From positions 1 through 24,000 of the forward strand of contig CAYXTB010000004.1 of the NCBI GenBank assembly GCA_964468255.1: DNA of 24,000 nt. The letters are read 5' to 3'. Source of the stretch: Candidatus Woesearchaeota archaeon. GTDB lineage: Archaea; Nanobdellota; Nanobdellia; Pacearchaeales; GW2011-AR1. Shown piece after piece: positions 1-8,393 of the stretch (positions are counted from its first letter, which is position 1; each line of letters opens with the position of its first letter). The notes beneath the pieces are model-generated. The model was given only the letters and a program-made list of their open reading frames with translations, had not been told where the DNA came from and searched no databases. The position numbers and the translations under genes are program-made.

Positions 1-72
1 ATGATAGAGAACTTGAAAACATTATTTTTAAGAGCAATAAAAGATAAAAAGCCTTTAAGCATGAGTTTTTGA
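1..72 (+). CDS. 3' end of an unidentified upstream gene (partial, runs off the left edge)
   Basis: Frame 1 is open from position 1 to TGA at 70-72 (...KDKKPLSMSF*). The stop overlaps the next ATG (TGATG, 70-74), a typical coupled junction. Only 23 codons are visible, so no family call is possible. Confidence 0.3.
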   Translation: MIENLKTLFLRAIKDKKPLSMSF

Positions 73-671
73 TGGAAAGGCAGACTAAAATTGTTGATGC
101 CATTGATGAGGGCAGGATTGTGAGAGTGCCGGAAGAATACGCGATTCAGGAAGGGCTGCCAATTCTAAGAAGGCAAAAGATAGATGAAACACGGGAAAGA
201 GAAAGTTCTTGGATGCAAAGAAATAGAAAAAAAGAGAAAGTTGGGAATTATATTAGATTAGATGATTTAAGAAAGCCTTTAAGACAAAATGCAAACAATG
301 TTTCTTCCTCCCTTATAGAAAATTTCCACTGGAAAATAAGAGAAAAGAGAAGGCAGCTGAATATAACCAGAAAGCAGCTTTCCAGTATTTTGGGCATAGA
401 TGAAAGCGACTTGAAGTTAATAGAGAATGGCATAATTCCAAGAGACGATTTTGTTTTGATTAATAAGATTCAGGAGTATTTCAATCTTAATTTGAGAAAG
501 GACGGGCAGAACCCAAATGTTTTGATGAGAAAAGTTGTGGAATCTGGGAAAGCTGGGCAGGGGAAAAAGGAAATGCCCAAATGGAGAGCAAATGTGGATA
601 AGGCAAGAGAGACAAGAAACAGGATAAGCGCGGAGAATCTTATAGGCGACGATATTGAAATTATTGAATAG
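72..671 (+). CDS. HTH DNA-binding protein (XRE/MBF1-like helix-turn-helix in the middle, basic N- and C-terminal regions)
   Basis: The segment WKIREKRRQLNITRKQLSSILGIDESDLKLIENG reads as an XRE-type HTH. ATG at 72 is preferred over the track's TTG at 69. There is no zinc ribbon, so it is not a canonical MBF1. Confidence 0.55.
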   Translation: MERQTKIVDAIDEGRIVRVPEEYAIQEGLPILRRQKIDETRERESSWMQRNRKKEKVGNYIRLDDLRKPLRQNANNVSSSLIENFHWKIREKRRQLNITRKQLSSILGIDESDLKLIENGIIPRDDFVLINKIQEYFNLNLRKDGQNPNVLMRKVVESGKAGQGKKEMPKWRANVDKARETRNRISAENLIGDDIEIIE

Positions 672-716
672 GTTTCTGCTGAGTGTTTTTTATTTAACTT
701 CAGCTTTCACGAAAGC

Positions 717-724
717 TTTATAAA
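717..724 (+). promoter_or_regulatory. TATA box (TTTATAAA) for rpoL
   Basis: The box starts exactly 29 nt upstream of ATG 746 and is preceded by purine-rich gaaagc. It fits the window-wide leaderless promoter pattern. Confidence 0.6.
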
Positions 725-745
725 TCAATTTTCTGCTAAATAGAT

Positions 746-1000
746 ATGAACATTGAAATTGTCAAGCAGGAGAAGGACAATATCGAAATTAAGATAGATA
801 ATCTGACTATTGCTGAGATATTAAGAGTTTATTTATATCAATCTGGAATTGAATTTGCTGCTTGGAAAAGAGAGCATCCTTCTAAGCCTTTAATTATGAA
901 GATACAATCAAAAGATGGAAGCGCAAAGAAAGTTGTTGCTGATGCAATTACAGCTATAAAAAAAGATTGTGATAGGCTTTTGAATGCAGTAAAGAAGTAA
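746..1000 (+). CDS. rpoL: DNA-directed RNA polymerase subunit L (Rpo11)
   Basis: 84 aa. MNIEIVKQEKDNIEIKI...LTIAEILRVYL...GIEFAAWKREHPSKPLIMKIQSKDG...AITAI aligns by eye with archaeal RpoL (N-terminal beta strand, HTLxNxL-like helix, xFAxYxxxHP motif). The size is typical. Confidence 0.65.
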   Translation: MNIEIVKQEKDNIEIKIDNLTIAEILRVYLYQSGIEFAAWKREHPSKPLIMKIQSKDGSAKKVVADAITAIKKDCDRLLNAVKK

Positions 1001-1062
1001 ATTAATGGAAAAAACGTAGGGTTTATTAAGCCTAAATTCTTATTTTGTTGAGGAGGTATAAT

Positions 1063-1236
1063 ATGTGTAAAAGCTGGTGTGAGTTAATAATAGCTGTTGT
1101 AGTCATAGTATTTTCCCTATGGCAAATACCGAATGTTTCACAATGGATATTACTCGTAGCAGGTGTTCTTTTGCTGATACATTCCTTTACTTGTAAAACA
1201 TGTTTCGCAGGACACTCTGGAATGAGGAAAAGATAA
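1063..1236 (+). CDS. small two-TM membrane protein, Cys-rich C-terminus (unknown function)
   Basis: AGGAGG at 1051-1056 lies 6 nt upstream of ATG 1063, so I prefer that start to the track's TTG at 1045. There are two hydrophobic stretches (IIAVVVIVFSLW, ILLVAGVLLLI) and a CKTC motif. Confidence 0.5.
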   Translation: MCKSWCELIIAVVVIVFSLWQIPNVSQWILLVAGVLLLIHSFTCKTCFAGHSGMRKR

Positions 1237-1337
1237 AATTCTAAATTTATTATTTTTTATAATTAATTTTGTTTGGTTATTGTCAGGATGAGGGCTGATT
1301 GAAGGCAGTATAATAGATATTTACAATGATAACTATT

Positions 1338-1345
1338 TTTATAAG
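1338..1345 (+). promoter_or_regulatory. TATA box (TTTATAAG) for radB
   Basis: The box starts 29 nt upstream of the in-frame ATG at 1367 but only 20 nt upstream of ATG 1358. This favours 1367 as the leaderless start. Confidence 0.5.
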
Positions 1346-1366
1346 CTCCCTTAATTAATGTATGAA

Positions 1367-2053
1367 ATGGCTAAGATATCTGCTGGAAGCTATGATTTGA
1401 ATAAATGGCTGTTTGGAGGCTACGAATCTGATATTGTCAGTGTAATTTATGGCGGAGCTGGGACAGGGAAGACTAACTTTTGCTTGCTAGCAGCAATTTC
1501 GCAGGCGAAAAAAGGAAATAAGGTAATATTTATTGATACAGAAGGCGGATTTAGTGTTGAAAGAGCGAAGCAGTTAGTTAATGGAGATTTAGAGGAGGTT
1601 TTGAAAAATATTTTATTATTAAAAGTGACTAGCTTTCAGGAGCAGAAGGATGCTTTTAAAAAATTAAATGATTATCTGAAAGATGAAGTCAGCTTAATAA
1701 TTGTAGATGGGATGACGATTCTTTATAGATTGGATTTTGCTACTGCTCGGGAAAAAGATGATAAAGAAATTCAAAAAATAAATTCAGTTTTGGCAGAGCA
1801 GATGAAGACTTTAGCTGAAATAGCCAGAAAAAGACAAATCCCTGTAATCGTGACTAATCAGGTTTATAACTGGCAGGAAGAGAGGAGAATGGTTGGAGGG
1901 GATATTTTGCATTATTGGGGGAAATGCTTGATTGAATTGGCAAATGAAAATGGAAAGAGAACTGCTTGTCTTAGAAAACATAGAAGTCTGCCTGAGAAGA
2001 TATTGGAATTTCAGATAGTTAATTCTGGAATTAAAAAGAAAGGATGGATTTAG
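1367..2053 (+). CDS. radB: RadB-type RecA-superfamily recombination/repair ATPase
   Basis: Walker A GGAGTGKT, Walker B-like LIIVDGM, and the RadB-like N-terminus ...SAGSYDLNKWLFGG. At ~228 aa it has no N-terminal HhH domain, so it is RadB-sized rather than RadA. The start could also be 1358. Confidence 0.75.
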   Translation: MAKISAGSYDLNKWLFGGYESDIVSVIYGGAGTGKTNFCLLAAISQAKKGNKVIFIDTEGGFSVERAKQLVNGDLEEVLKNILLLKVTSFQEQKDAFKKLNDYLKDEVSLIIVDGMTILYRLDFATAREKDDKEIQKINSVLAEQMKTLAEIARKRQIPVIVTNQVYNWQEERRMVGGDILHYWGKCLIELANENGKRTACLRKHRSLPEKILEFQIVNSGIKKKGWI

Positions 2054-2068
2054 CTGTTTTTGATAAGT

Positions 2069-2076
2069 ATTAAATA
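2069..2076 (+). promoter_or_regulatory. TATA box (ATTAAATA) for DNA ligase
   Basis: The box starts 29 nt upstream of ATG 2098. Confidence 0.55.
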
Positions 2077-2097
2077 TGACCTTTTCTTTTTGGAAAT

Positions 2098-3792
2098 ATG
2101 CAATATGCGGAATTTGTTGGGCTTTATGAGAAGCTAGCTGGAACTACAAAGAAGCTTGAAAAGAGAGATATTTTAGCTGAATTTTTAAAGAAATTGCAGA
2201 AAAATGGCAGGAAAGAGTGGATTTATCTTTTAAGAGGGAAGGTATATGCCGATTATGATTCAAGAGAATTTGGCATTTCTACTCAATTAGTCATAAAGGG
2301 AATAGGTGTTGCTTTTGGAATAAATCAGGAAGAAGTCGTTGAGCAGTTTAAGAAAAAAGGAGATTTAGGAGACATTGCAGAGTTTTATGCTGATAAAAGA
2401 AAGCAGAATACTTTGTTTTCCAAGAAATTAAGTGTGCAAAAAGTTTTTGAGAATTTAAGAAAGATAATGGAGATTGAAGGTAAAGGTTCTGTTGACAGGA
2501 AGATGCAGCTAATGGCTGAGTTATTGACATCTGCTTCTGGAAAAGAAGCTAAATATATTATTAGGACATTATTAAATGATTTGAGAGTTGGAGTTGCTGA
2601 TGCAATACTTATTGATTCAATTAATAGTGCTTTTTTTGCCGGTGAGGAGAACATACAAAATATTTTGGAGGAGAAATATGATTTGGCTAATGATTCTGCT
2701 TTAATATTTGAAGTGGCTGCTAAAGGAATAGAGAAAGTAAAAGATATAGAGATTGAGCCTGGAAGGCCGTTGAAAGCAATGCTGGCAGTAAAAGCAGAAG
2801 ATATTGAAGATGCTTTTAGAATATGCGGAATACCTGCCGCAATAGAGTATAAGTATGATGGATTTAGAATGTTAGTTAATAAAGACAAACAAGGAAGAAT
2901 TAGTTTATTTACAAGAAAGCTGGAAAATGTAACTAAGCAATTTCCTGATATCGTTTCCAATGTTTTAAAAAATGTTAAGGGCAAGAGCTTTATTCTTGAT
3001 TCTGAAGTTGTTGGGTTTGATCCTAAAACTAAAAAATACAAGCCATTTGAGGCAATAAGCCAGAGAATAAAGAGGAAGTATGATATTGATAAAACCCTTG
3101 GAGAATTGCCTGTTGAAATTAATATATTTGATGTTATTTATTTAGATGGAATAAATTTAATGGATAAGCCGTTTTTAGAAAGAAGGAAATTTTTAGAGAA
3201 GATTGTAAAAAAGGAAGAGCTTAAAATAAGACCTGCAGAACAGATAATTGCTCAGAATGAAAAAGAAGCCTTGGCATTTTATGAAAAGGCTTTGAAAATC
3301 GGTGAGGAAGGAATTATGATTAAGAAGCTTGATGCTCCTTACAAAGCTGGAAGAAGAGTCGGATATATGGCGAAATTAAAGCCAAATGTTAAAGACTTAG
3401 ATTTAGTTATTGTAGGAGCCGAATATGGAACAGGAAAAAGGGCTGGATGGCTGACTAGCTATATTGTTGCATGCAGGAAAGAGAATGAATTTTTGGAAAT
3501 TGGCAAAGTATCCAGTGGCTTGAAAGAGAAAGAGGAAGAAGGAGTTACTTATAATGAGATGACTAAATTATTAAAGCCTTTAATTACGGATGAATCTGGA
3601 AATGGCATTAAAGTAAAGCCAAAAGTTGTTGTTTCTGTAACTTATCAAAATATTCAAAAGAGTCCTAGCTATGGATCGGGATATGCTTTGAGATTTCCAA
3701 GAATAACTGCTTATAGGTCTGATAGAAATACAGGCGACATTGCAGGTCTTGATGAAATAAGGAAAGAGGCAAAAAGAATGCTGAGAAAATGA
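2098..3792 (+). CDS. lig: ATP-dependent DNA ligase
   Basis: 564 aa. It has the adenylation motif I EYKYDGFR (KxDG), plus SEVVGFD, EGIMIKK and LDLVIVGAEYGTGKRAG motifs in the canonical order, and an OB-fold C-terminal region. Confidence 0.9.
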   Translation: MQYAEFVGLYEKLAGTTKKLEKRDILAEFLKKLQKNGRKEWIYLLRGKVYADYDSREFGISTQLVIKGIGVAFGINQEEVVEQFKKKGDLGDIAEFYADKRKQNTLFSKKLSVQKVFENLRKIMEIEGKGSVDRKMQLMAELLTSASGKEAKYIIRTLLNDLRVGVADAILIDSINSAFFAGEENIQNILEEKYDLANDSALIFEVAAKGIEKVKDIEIEPGRPLKAMLAVKAEDIEDAFRICGIPAAIEYKYDGFRMLVNKDKQGRISLFTRKLENVTKQFPDIVSNVLKNVKGKSFILDSEVVGFDPKTKKYKPFEAISQRIKRKYDIDKTLGELPVEINIFDVIYLDGINLMDKPFLERRKFLEKIVKKEELKIRPAEQIIAQNEKEALAFYEKALKIGEEGIMIKKLDAPYKAGRRVGYMAKLKPNVKDLDLVIVGAEYGTGKRAGWLTSYIVACRKENEFLEIGKVSSGLKEKEEEGVTYNEMTKLLKPLITDESGNGIKVKPKVVVSVTYQNIQKSPSYGSGYALRFPRITAYRSDRNTGDIAGLDEIRKEAKRMLRK

Positions 3793-3796
3793 TTAA

Positions 3797-4057
3797 TTGT
3801 CTGGTGTAGAATTTGGTATTTATGGCAGTGATTTTTATGAAAGCAAAGGGACTTTTATTCTTTCATCATTAGGAGAAAGGGGATATTCTCTGAGAGATGG
3901 CCAGAATGAAAGAAGTGGCGTTTTTAAGTTCCGCTTAAGAGAAAATGAAAAAGCGGAATTCTCCAGCCCTGAAAAGTATGGAGATGTAATATATGTTCCA
4001 ATAAGCCTTGCTCGAAGTGCCTGTCTGCAAATAGAACCGAGAGGGATAAAATACTAA
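3797..4057 (+). CDS. hypothetical protein (doubtful; only a TTG start)
   Basis: An 86-codon open frame in stop-rich AT-rich DNA with a protein-like composition. However, it has no in-frame ATG or GTG, no SD and no TATA at -29. The region also contains several strong nested helices (see findings). Confidence 0.3.
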   Translation: MSGVEFGIYGSDFYESKGTFILSSLGERGYSLRDGQNERSGVFKFRLRENEKAEFSSPEKYGDVIYVPISLARSACLQIEPRGIKY

Positions 4058-4088
4058 ATTAAAAGGCTTAAAATCCCCTTTATAAAGG

Positions 4089-4096
4089 TTTATAAA
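4089..4096 (+). promoter_or_regulatory. TATA box for tbp (second of two tandem palindromic TTTATAAAG copies, 4079-4087 and 4089-4097)
   Basis: aaaGGTTTATAAAG lies 34 nt upstream of ATG 4123. TTTATAAA is its own reverse complement, so either copy could also fire leftwards. Confidence 0.5.
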
Positions 4097-4122
4097 GACA
4101 ATTTATATTTAAATCTTAGAAG

Positions 4123-4683
4123 ATGACGAAGTCTAATCTTAAAGTTCAAAACATAGTTGCCACGACTTCTTTAGGGAAGGTAGTTCCATTGACTAAGCTT
4201 GCCAGGACACAGAGCAATACAGAATATAATCCTGAACAATTTCCGGGATTAGTTTTAAGAGTTGAGAAGCCAAAATCTGCTGTTCTTGTATTTTCCTCAG
4301 GAAATCTTGTATGCACAGGAACAAAAAGCGTAGCTCAGGTGAAGCAGGTTATTAAAGCTGTAATAAGGCAAATAGGCAAAATAGGGATTAAAATAACTCA
4401 AAAACCTAAAATAACTGTTCAGAATATTGTTGCGTCTGGGAGCATTGATTTGAATTTAAATTTGAATGTCCTTGCTTTGCAATTGGAAAATACAGAATAT
4501 GAGCCAGAGCAGTTTCCTGGATTGGTTTATAAATTAGTTGAGCCGACTGCAACTTTTCTTCTTTTTTCAAATGGAAAGCTTGTATGCACCGGAACGAAAA
4601 ATAAGCAGCAGCTTGAGGATGCAATGAAGCAATTGAATAAAAATATCAGAAAGGCAATAAAAGAGAGTAAGAATAAGCATTAA
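4123..4683 (+). CDS. tbp: TATA-box binding protein
   Basis: There are two internal direct repeats, each with QNIVA(T/S)...EYNPEQFPGLV(L/Y)...(V/L)LVFSSGNLVCTG / LLFSNGKLVCTG. This is the classic TBP signature. Confidence 0.92.
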   Translation: MTKSNLKVQNIVATTSLGKVVPLTKLARTQSNTEYNPEQFPGLVLRVEKPKSAVLVFSSGNLVCTGTKSVAQVKQVIKAVIRQIGKIGIKITQKPKITVQNIVASGSIDLNLNLNVLALQLENTEYEPEQFPGLVYKLVEPTATFLLFSNGKLVCTGTKNKQQLEDAMKQLNKNIRKAIKESKNKH

Positions 4684-4734
4684 TTGAAATAGTTATAAAA
4701 ATGGCTGGTGAAGGGAGATGAAGCTGGGGTCGGT

Positions 4735-5106
4735 TTAGAGCTTAAGTTTTGATTTGTGATTTTTGTCTATAATTGCTATTGCAATGCCGGAAACTCCGAC
4801 AATTAAATGCAGAAAATTATCTAAGGAATTAAAAGCATCTAAATCAGCGAAATCATGGAACAGAAAGCCGAACAGAGTTATATAGGTGAAGAAAAGACCG
4901 TTTATTATTGGAAAATATTTCTGGAATTGTCTGGAATTCCATCCATAATAAATGACAATAATACCTAGTAGAACATGAAAGATTTTATGCATAGTTTCAG
5001 GCCTGAAGCTATAAGAGATTAAATCTATAATTAAGCTGATTGAAACAAGAAGGAAGAAAGTGCCAATAATTCTTGTGTAGCATTTTGATAATGAATAAAT
5101 TTTCAT
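4735..5106 (-). CDS. multi-pass membrane protein (about 4 TM), family not recognised with confidence
   Basis: 123 aa, strongly hydrophobic, with conserved-looking H residues (HKIFHVLLGI, NFLHLIVGV). It lies 16 nt downstream of the DUF202-like gene, so the two are probably co-transcribed. Confidence 0.5.
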   Translation of the reverse strand: MKIYSLSKCYTRIIGTFFLLVSISLIIDLISYSFRPETMHKIFHVLLGIIVIYYGWNSRQFQKYFPIINGLFFTYITLFGFLFHDFADLDAFNSLDNFLHLIVGVSGIAIAIIDKNHKSKLKL

Positions 5107-5122
5107 TTTGATGGTTGATTAT

Positions 5123-5386
5123 TTAATCCTCATTTTCAGCTTCTTCTTTTATGCGTTTTTTTAAGAAAGAGAAGTGGATTAAGCCTATTATTAATAGGAT
5201 TGTTCCTAATACCAGAGCAGAATATCCTCCAATCAGGAATTTTTGATTATTTGATGAGAATTGCAAAAGAACAAAGCCTAGAACAAGAGTTGCAAGAGAA
5301 GTCCTGACATATGAAAGCATTGTTCTTTCGTTGGATAAAAGAGTTCTTTCTTCAGCAAGCTTTTCATAAATCTTTTTCTTATCCAT
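5123..5386 (-). CDS. DUF202/YidH-like small membrane protein
   Basis: The N-terminal LAEERTLLSNERTMLSYVRTSLA matches the DUF202 signature (ERT...ERT...RT). Two TM helices follow. Confidence 0.6.
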   Translation of the reverse strand: MDKKKIYEKLAEERTLLSNERTMLSYVRTSLATLVLGFVLLQFSSNNQKFLIGGYSALVLGTILLIIGLIHFSFLKKRIKEEAENED

Positions 5387-5407
5387 TTTCTTAGAAAGAA
5401 GAAGAGA

Positions 5408-5415
5408 GTTATAAA
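5408..5415 (-). promoter_or_regulatory. TATA box (TTTATAAC on minus strand) for the DUF202-like gene
   Basis: The box starts 29 nt upstream of the minus-strand ATG at 5386. Confidence 0.5.
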
Positions 5416-5561
5416 TGTTGCTTTTGGATAATTAATAAAAAATGTGCTAATGAATAAATATCAATATTTTGTTGATATGAATATAAGATTAATAAATTAT
5501 AGCTGTTAAATATGAATACTTTTACTATTATAGGGGTAATTTAAGAAAGATATTGAAAGAC

Positions 5562-5759
5562 TTAGCCTTTTAAGTCAGAGATGCCGAGAAGGATGAACAA
5601 AAGACCGATACCTAGTATAAACCATACAATTCCACCTTTAAGGATTTCCCAGGCAGCTGCGCCGAAATCCCAAAAGTCAGAGCCTAGAGTAAAATACCAG
5701 AGCAAAACGCCTCCGATGACTAAAATCAGGCCGAATAATAATTCAATCCATTTGTTCAT
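5562..5759 (-). CDS. small two-TM membrane protein (65 aa)
   Basis: I prefer the internal start MNKWIELLFGL... at 5759 because a minus-strand TATA (TTTATATA, 5781-5788) begins exactly 29 nt upstream of it. The 40-codon N-terminal extension in the track would cover that promoter. Confidence 0.5.
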   Translation of the reverse strand: MNKWIELLFGLILVIGGVLLWYFTLGSDFWDFGAAAWEILKGGIVWFILGIGLLFILLGISDLKG

Positions 5760-5883
5760 GTTAATTTCATTTATTGAGAGTATATAAAGATTTTTGTCTT
5801 TTGTTGATAGAGTTATAATAGTATGTTTTTCAAGTATAATTAAGATATAAAAGACTTCAAATAAAATTGAAGTCTTCATTGGG

Positions 5884-5891
5884 TTTATAAA
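5884..5891 (+). promoter_or_regulatory. TATA box (TTTATAAA) for the ArsR-like gene
   Basis: The box starts 29 nt upstream of ATG 5913. Confidence 0.55.
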
Positions 5892-5912
5892 TAAGTTTCC
5901 TTTATATCTTTC

Positions 5913-6461
5913 ATGGCAGAGAAATATTTGAATATAGATTTGAATGACGAGAGAACTGGTAAAATTGCAGAAGTATTGGCAAATAAGACTGCCAAGAGAA
6001 TCTTATTACAGCTTGCTGATAAAGAGATGAGCGTAAGTGAAATAGCTCAAGAATTAAAAATTCCTTTGAATACTGCTGATTATAATATCAAGAATTTAAT
6101 AAATACGGGACTAATTGAGAGGTCAAAGAATTTCTTTTGGAGCATAAAAGGAAAGAAAATTCTAACTTATAGAGTATCTAATAAAAAAATAGTTATCTCT
6201 CCAAAAATATCTTTTAGAGGCTTAATTCCTGCTATTTTGATATCTGGTCTTTTAGCTCTTGGAATTAAAATTTATTCTGATTATTCGGGAACAGAGATAA
6301 GGCAGAAAGCATCTGTGCCCGCAGAAGCAGCTTTAAGTGCTGCGCAAACTGGCTATGATGTGCTTGTTAATACTGAAAATGCTTGGCTTTGGTTTTTATC
6401 AGGAGCATTAATTGCTTTGATTATATTTGTATTATGGAATTGGAGGAAGATATGGAAATGA
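5913..6461 (+). CDS. ArsR-family winged-HTH regulator fused to a C-terminal two-TM membrane anchor
   Basis: RTGKIAEVLANKTAKRILLQLADKEMSVSEIAQELKIPLNTADYNIKNLINTGLIE is an ArsR/SmtB-type HTH. The C-terminus carries two hydrophobic helices (IPAILISGLLALGI, WLWFLSGALIALIIFVLW). Confidence 0.65.
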   Translation: MAEKYLNIDLNDERTGKIAEVLANKTAKRILLQLADKEMSVSEIAQELKIPLNTADYNIKNLINTGLIERSKNFFWSIKGKKILTYRVSNKKIVISPKISFRGLIPAILISGLLALGIKIYSDYSGTEIRQKASVPAEAALSAAQTGYDVLVNTENAWLWFLSGALIALIIFVLWNWRKIWK

Positions 6462-6511
6462 ATTGCAAATATTTTGAAATGCAAGAGAAATTGAAAGGAG
6501 GTTTGTGTTAG

Positions 6512-7243
6512 ATGAATAATAAACTAGTAATAGGAGCAATTGCTGTAGCAATAGTGCTTATTGTCGGTTACTTTATTTATTCTGGGACACCAGAAGTAAG
6601 TGCTATGGGGCAAGCGTCATTGCAAGTACAGCCAGATGAAATTTCTGTTTATGTGCAGATAGAAACGAAGAATGCAACATTGCAAGACGCGCAGAAAGCG
6701 AACTCTGAAATCAGGGAAAAAGTCCTTGAGAATCTGCTAGCAATGGAAATTGATGAAGAGAACATTCAATTTTCTAATTATCAGAGCTATCCATGGAGTG
6801 AGTGGAACGGGAATAAGTATTTAGAGAAAGGGTATATTGTAAGCCAGCAGATAATTGTTAAGGCCTCTGAGTTTAAGCAAGCTCCGAGAATAGTTGACAA
6901 AGCTATAGAAGCAGGAGCATTGGTGCAGAGCATTTCTCTGGAATTGTCTGATGAAAAGCAGAATGAATACAAAGCCCAGGCATTGAAAGCAGCGAGCGAG
7001 AATGCAAAAGAGAAAGCAGAAGCAATAGCAGAAGGGCAGGGAAAGAATATTGGAAGATTACTATCGATAGAATCGAGCGATTTTAATTATGTGCCGTATC
7101 CTTATTATGAGGCCCGCGGCGGTGTAGCTGCTTCTGACAGCGCAGCAGAAGCAAAGCAGGCGGTTTCAAGCATTGCTTTAGAGCCCAAGGAGCTGGAAGT
7201 CAGCGCTTCTGTGTCTGTGAAATACAAGCTGAGTTTGCTTTAA
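6512..7243 (+). CDS. SIMPL/DUF541-domain secreted or membrane-anchored protein
   Basis: There is an N-terminal signal anchor. KGYIVSQQIIVKASEF...IVDKAIEAGA...ISLELSD...AQALKAASENAKEKAEAIAEGQGKNIGRLLSIE matches the DUF541 pattern. AGGAGGT at 6496-6502 lies 9 nt upstream of the ATG. Confidence 0.65.
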   Translation: MNNKLVIGAIAVAIVLIVGYFIYSGTPEVSAMGQASLQVQPDEISVYVQIETKNATLQDAQKANSEIREKVLENLLAMEIDEENIQFSNYQSYPWSEWNGNKYLEKGYIVSQQIIVKASEFKQAPRIVDKAIEAGALVQSISLELSDEKQNEYKAQALKAASENAKEKAEAIAEGQGKNIGRLLSIESSDFNYVPYPYYEARGGVAASDSAAEAKQAVSSIALEPKELEVSASVSVKYKLSLL

Positions 7244-7258
7244 TTTTTTATTTTTTTT
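7244..7258 (+). terminator. oligo-T termination signal (T6 A T8)
   Basis: It follows the stop codon at 7241-7243 directly. Archaeal RNAP terminates at T-runs. Confidence 0.5.
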
Positions 7259-7281
7259 CTGTATCTTGATTTTTAGACAGC

Positions 7282-7289
7282 TTTAAATA
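7282..7289 (+). promoter_or_regulatory. TATA box (TTTAAATA) for the DHH gene
   Basis: The box starts 29 nt upstream of ATG 7311. Confidence 0.55.
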
Positions 7290-7310
7290 ACCTCTTTTTT
7301 TTATCTGGAG

Positions 7311-8393
7311 ATGCTGACAGAAAAGCAAATTCGTGAAATAAGGGAGCATCTTGAAAGGGCGCAGAATCCAGTGTTTTTTTATGACAATGACTGCGATGGA
7401 TTATGCAGTTTTCTTTTGCTCAGGAGGCTTATTGGAAGAGGAAAAGGAGTTGCAGTAAAGAGTTATCCTGACTTGAACGCAGAATATGCTAAGAAGGCAT
7501 CCGAGTTAAAAGCAGATTATGTTTTTATCTTGGACAAGCCAGTTATATCTCCTGCTTTTCTCGAAGAGATAGACAAAATGCAGCTGCCAGTTGTATGGAT
7601 TGACCATCACGCAATTTCTTCAAATAATAAGGAATTTGAAATTGATGAAAAAAAACACAAAAATCTACAGGCGTATAACCCTGCAAGAAATAAGGGAAAA
7701 GAAGAAAGCTTTGAGCCCGTGACTTACCTTGCTTACAAAATTAGCGAGAGGAAAGAGGATATTTGGATTGCAATAATGGGCTGCATAGCAGATCATTTTA
7801 TACCTGATTTTGCATTTGAATTCCAGAAGCACTACCCTGAATTCTGGACAAAAGAAAAAATAAAAGAACCATTTGACGCCTATTACAGAACCGAGATAGG
7901 CAGGATTGCGCAGGCCATAAGTTTCGGATTGAAAGATTCTATCAGCCACGTCGTAAAATTGCAGAACTTTTTAATTAATTGCAACTCTCCAAATGAGATT
8001 TTTTTGGAGCTCGAAGGGAATAAAGAGTTTAGGGAAAAATACTCTGAAATAAGAAAAAAATATGACTTTTTGCTTGAAAAGGCAAAGGAAAGCACAAAAG
8101 AAAAACTAATATTTTTTGATTATTCTGGTGATTTAAGCATAAGCGCTGAGATTGCAAATGAGTTGTCTTACAAACACCATGACAAATACATCGCTGTCGC
8201 TTATAAAAAAGGCGTCATAACAAATATATCCCTGCGGGGGGAAAAAATAAGAAGAATTTTAGAAAAGATTTTAAAGCGGTTTGAGAATGCAAACGGGGGA
8301 GGGCACGAAAACGCCGCCGGGGCAAGAATCAGGACAGAAGATTTGGTTAAATTTAAGGAGGCATTAGAAAATGAAATCAATTCAAGGCAATAG
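7311..8393 (+). CDS. DHH/DHHA1-family phosphoesterase (NrnA/RecJ-like)
   Basis: The DHH motifs appear in order: FFYDNDCDGLCS, VFILDKP, VWIDHHA, CIADHF. The DHHA1 motif GGGHENAAGARI lies near the C-terminus. Confidence 0.75.
   Translation: MLTEKQIREIREHLERAQNPVFFYDNDCDGLCSFLLLRRLIGRGKGVAVKSYPDLNAEYAKKASELKADYVFILDKPVISPAFLEEIDKMQLPVVWIDHHAISSNNKEFEIDEKKHKNLQAYNPARNKGKEESFEPVTYLAYKISERKEDIWIAIMGCIADHFIPDFAFEFQKHYPEFWTKEKIKEPFDAYYRTEIGRIAQAISFGLKDSISHVVKLQNFLINCNSPNEIFLELEGNKEFREKYSEIRKKYDFLLEKAKESTKEKLIFFDYSGDLSISAEIANELSYKHHDKYIAVAYKKGVITNISLRGEKIRRILEKILKRFENANGGGHENAAGARIRTEDLVKFKEALENEINSRQ

Noticed and set aside
2385-3041. 218-aa minus-strand ORF, plus a 60-aa ORF at 2348-2530, inside the DNA ligase gene
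   Set aside because: It is antisense to a confidently identified gene. The sequence is low-complexity and S/L/I/F-rich, and there is no promoter or SD. It is a typical shadow ORF.
3797-4100. Possible RNase P RNA or SRP RNA in the ligase-tbp spacer
   Set aside because: I looked for the RNase P CR-I (GAGGAAAGUCC / GNAANNUC) and CR-V (ACAGAAxCCGGCUUA) elements. I found only loose resemblances: GGAGAAAGGGG, AUAGAACCGAG, and a GGCUUA. I also found no SRP helix-8 GGAA...AGCA motif. This is not enough to call either RNA, so I kept it only as an unclassified-structure observation.
5760-5879. 40-codon N-terminal extension of the small membrane protein (track start 5879)
   Set aside because: The extension would cover a minus-strand TATA box that lies exactly 29 nt upstream of the internal ATG 5759. 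The extension sequence (MKTSILFEVFYILIILEKHTII...) looks like translated AT-rich promoter DNA.
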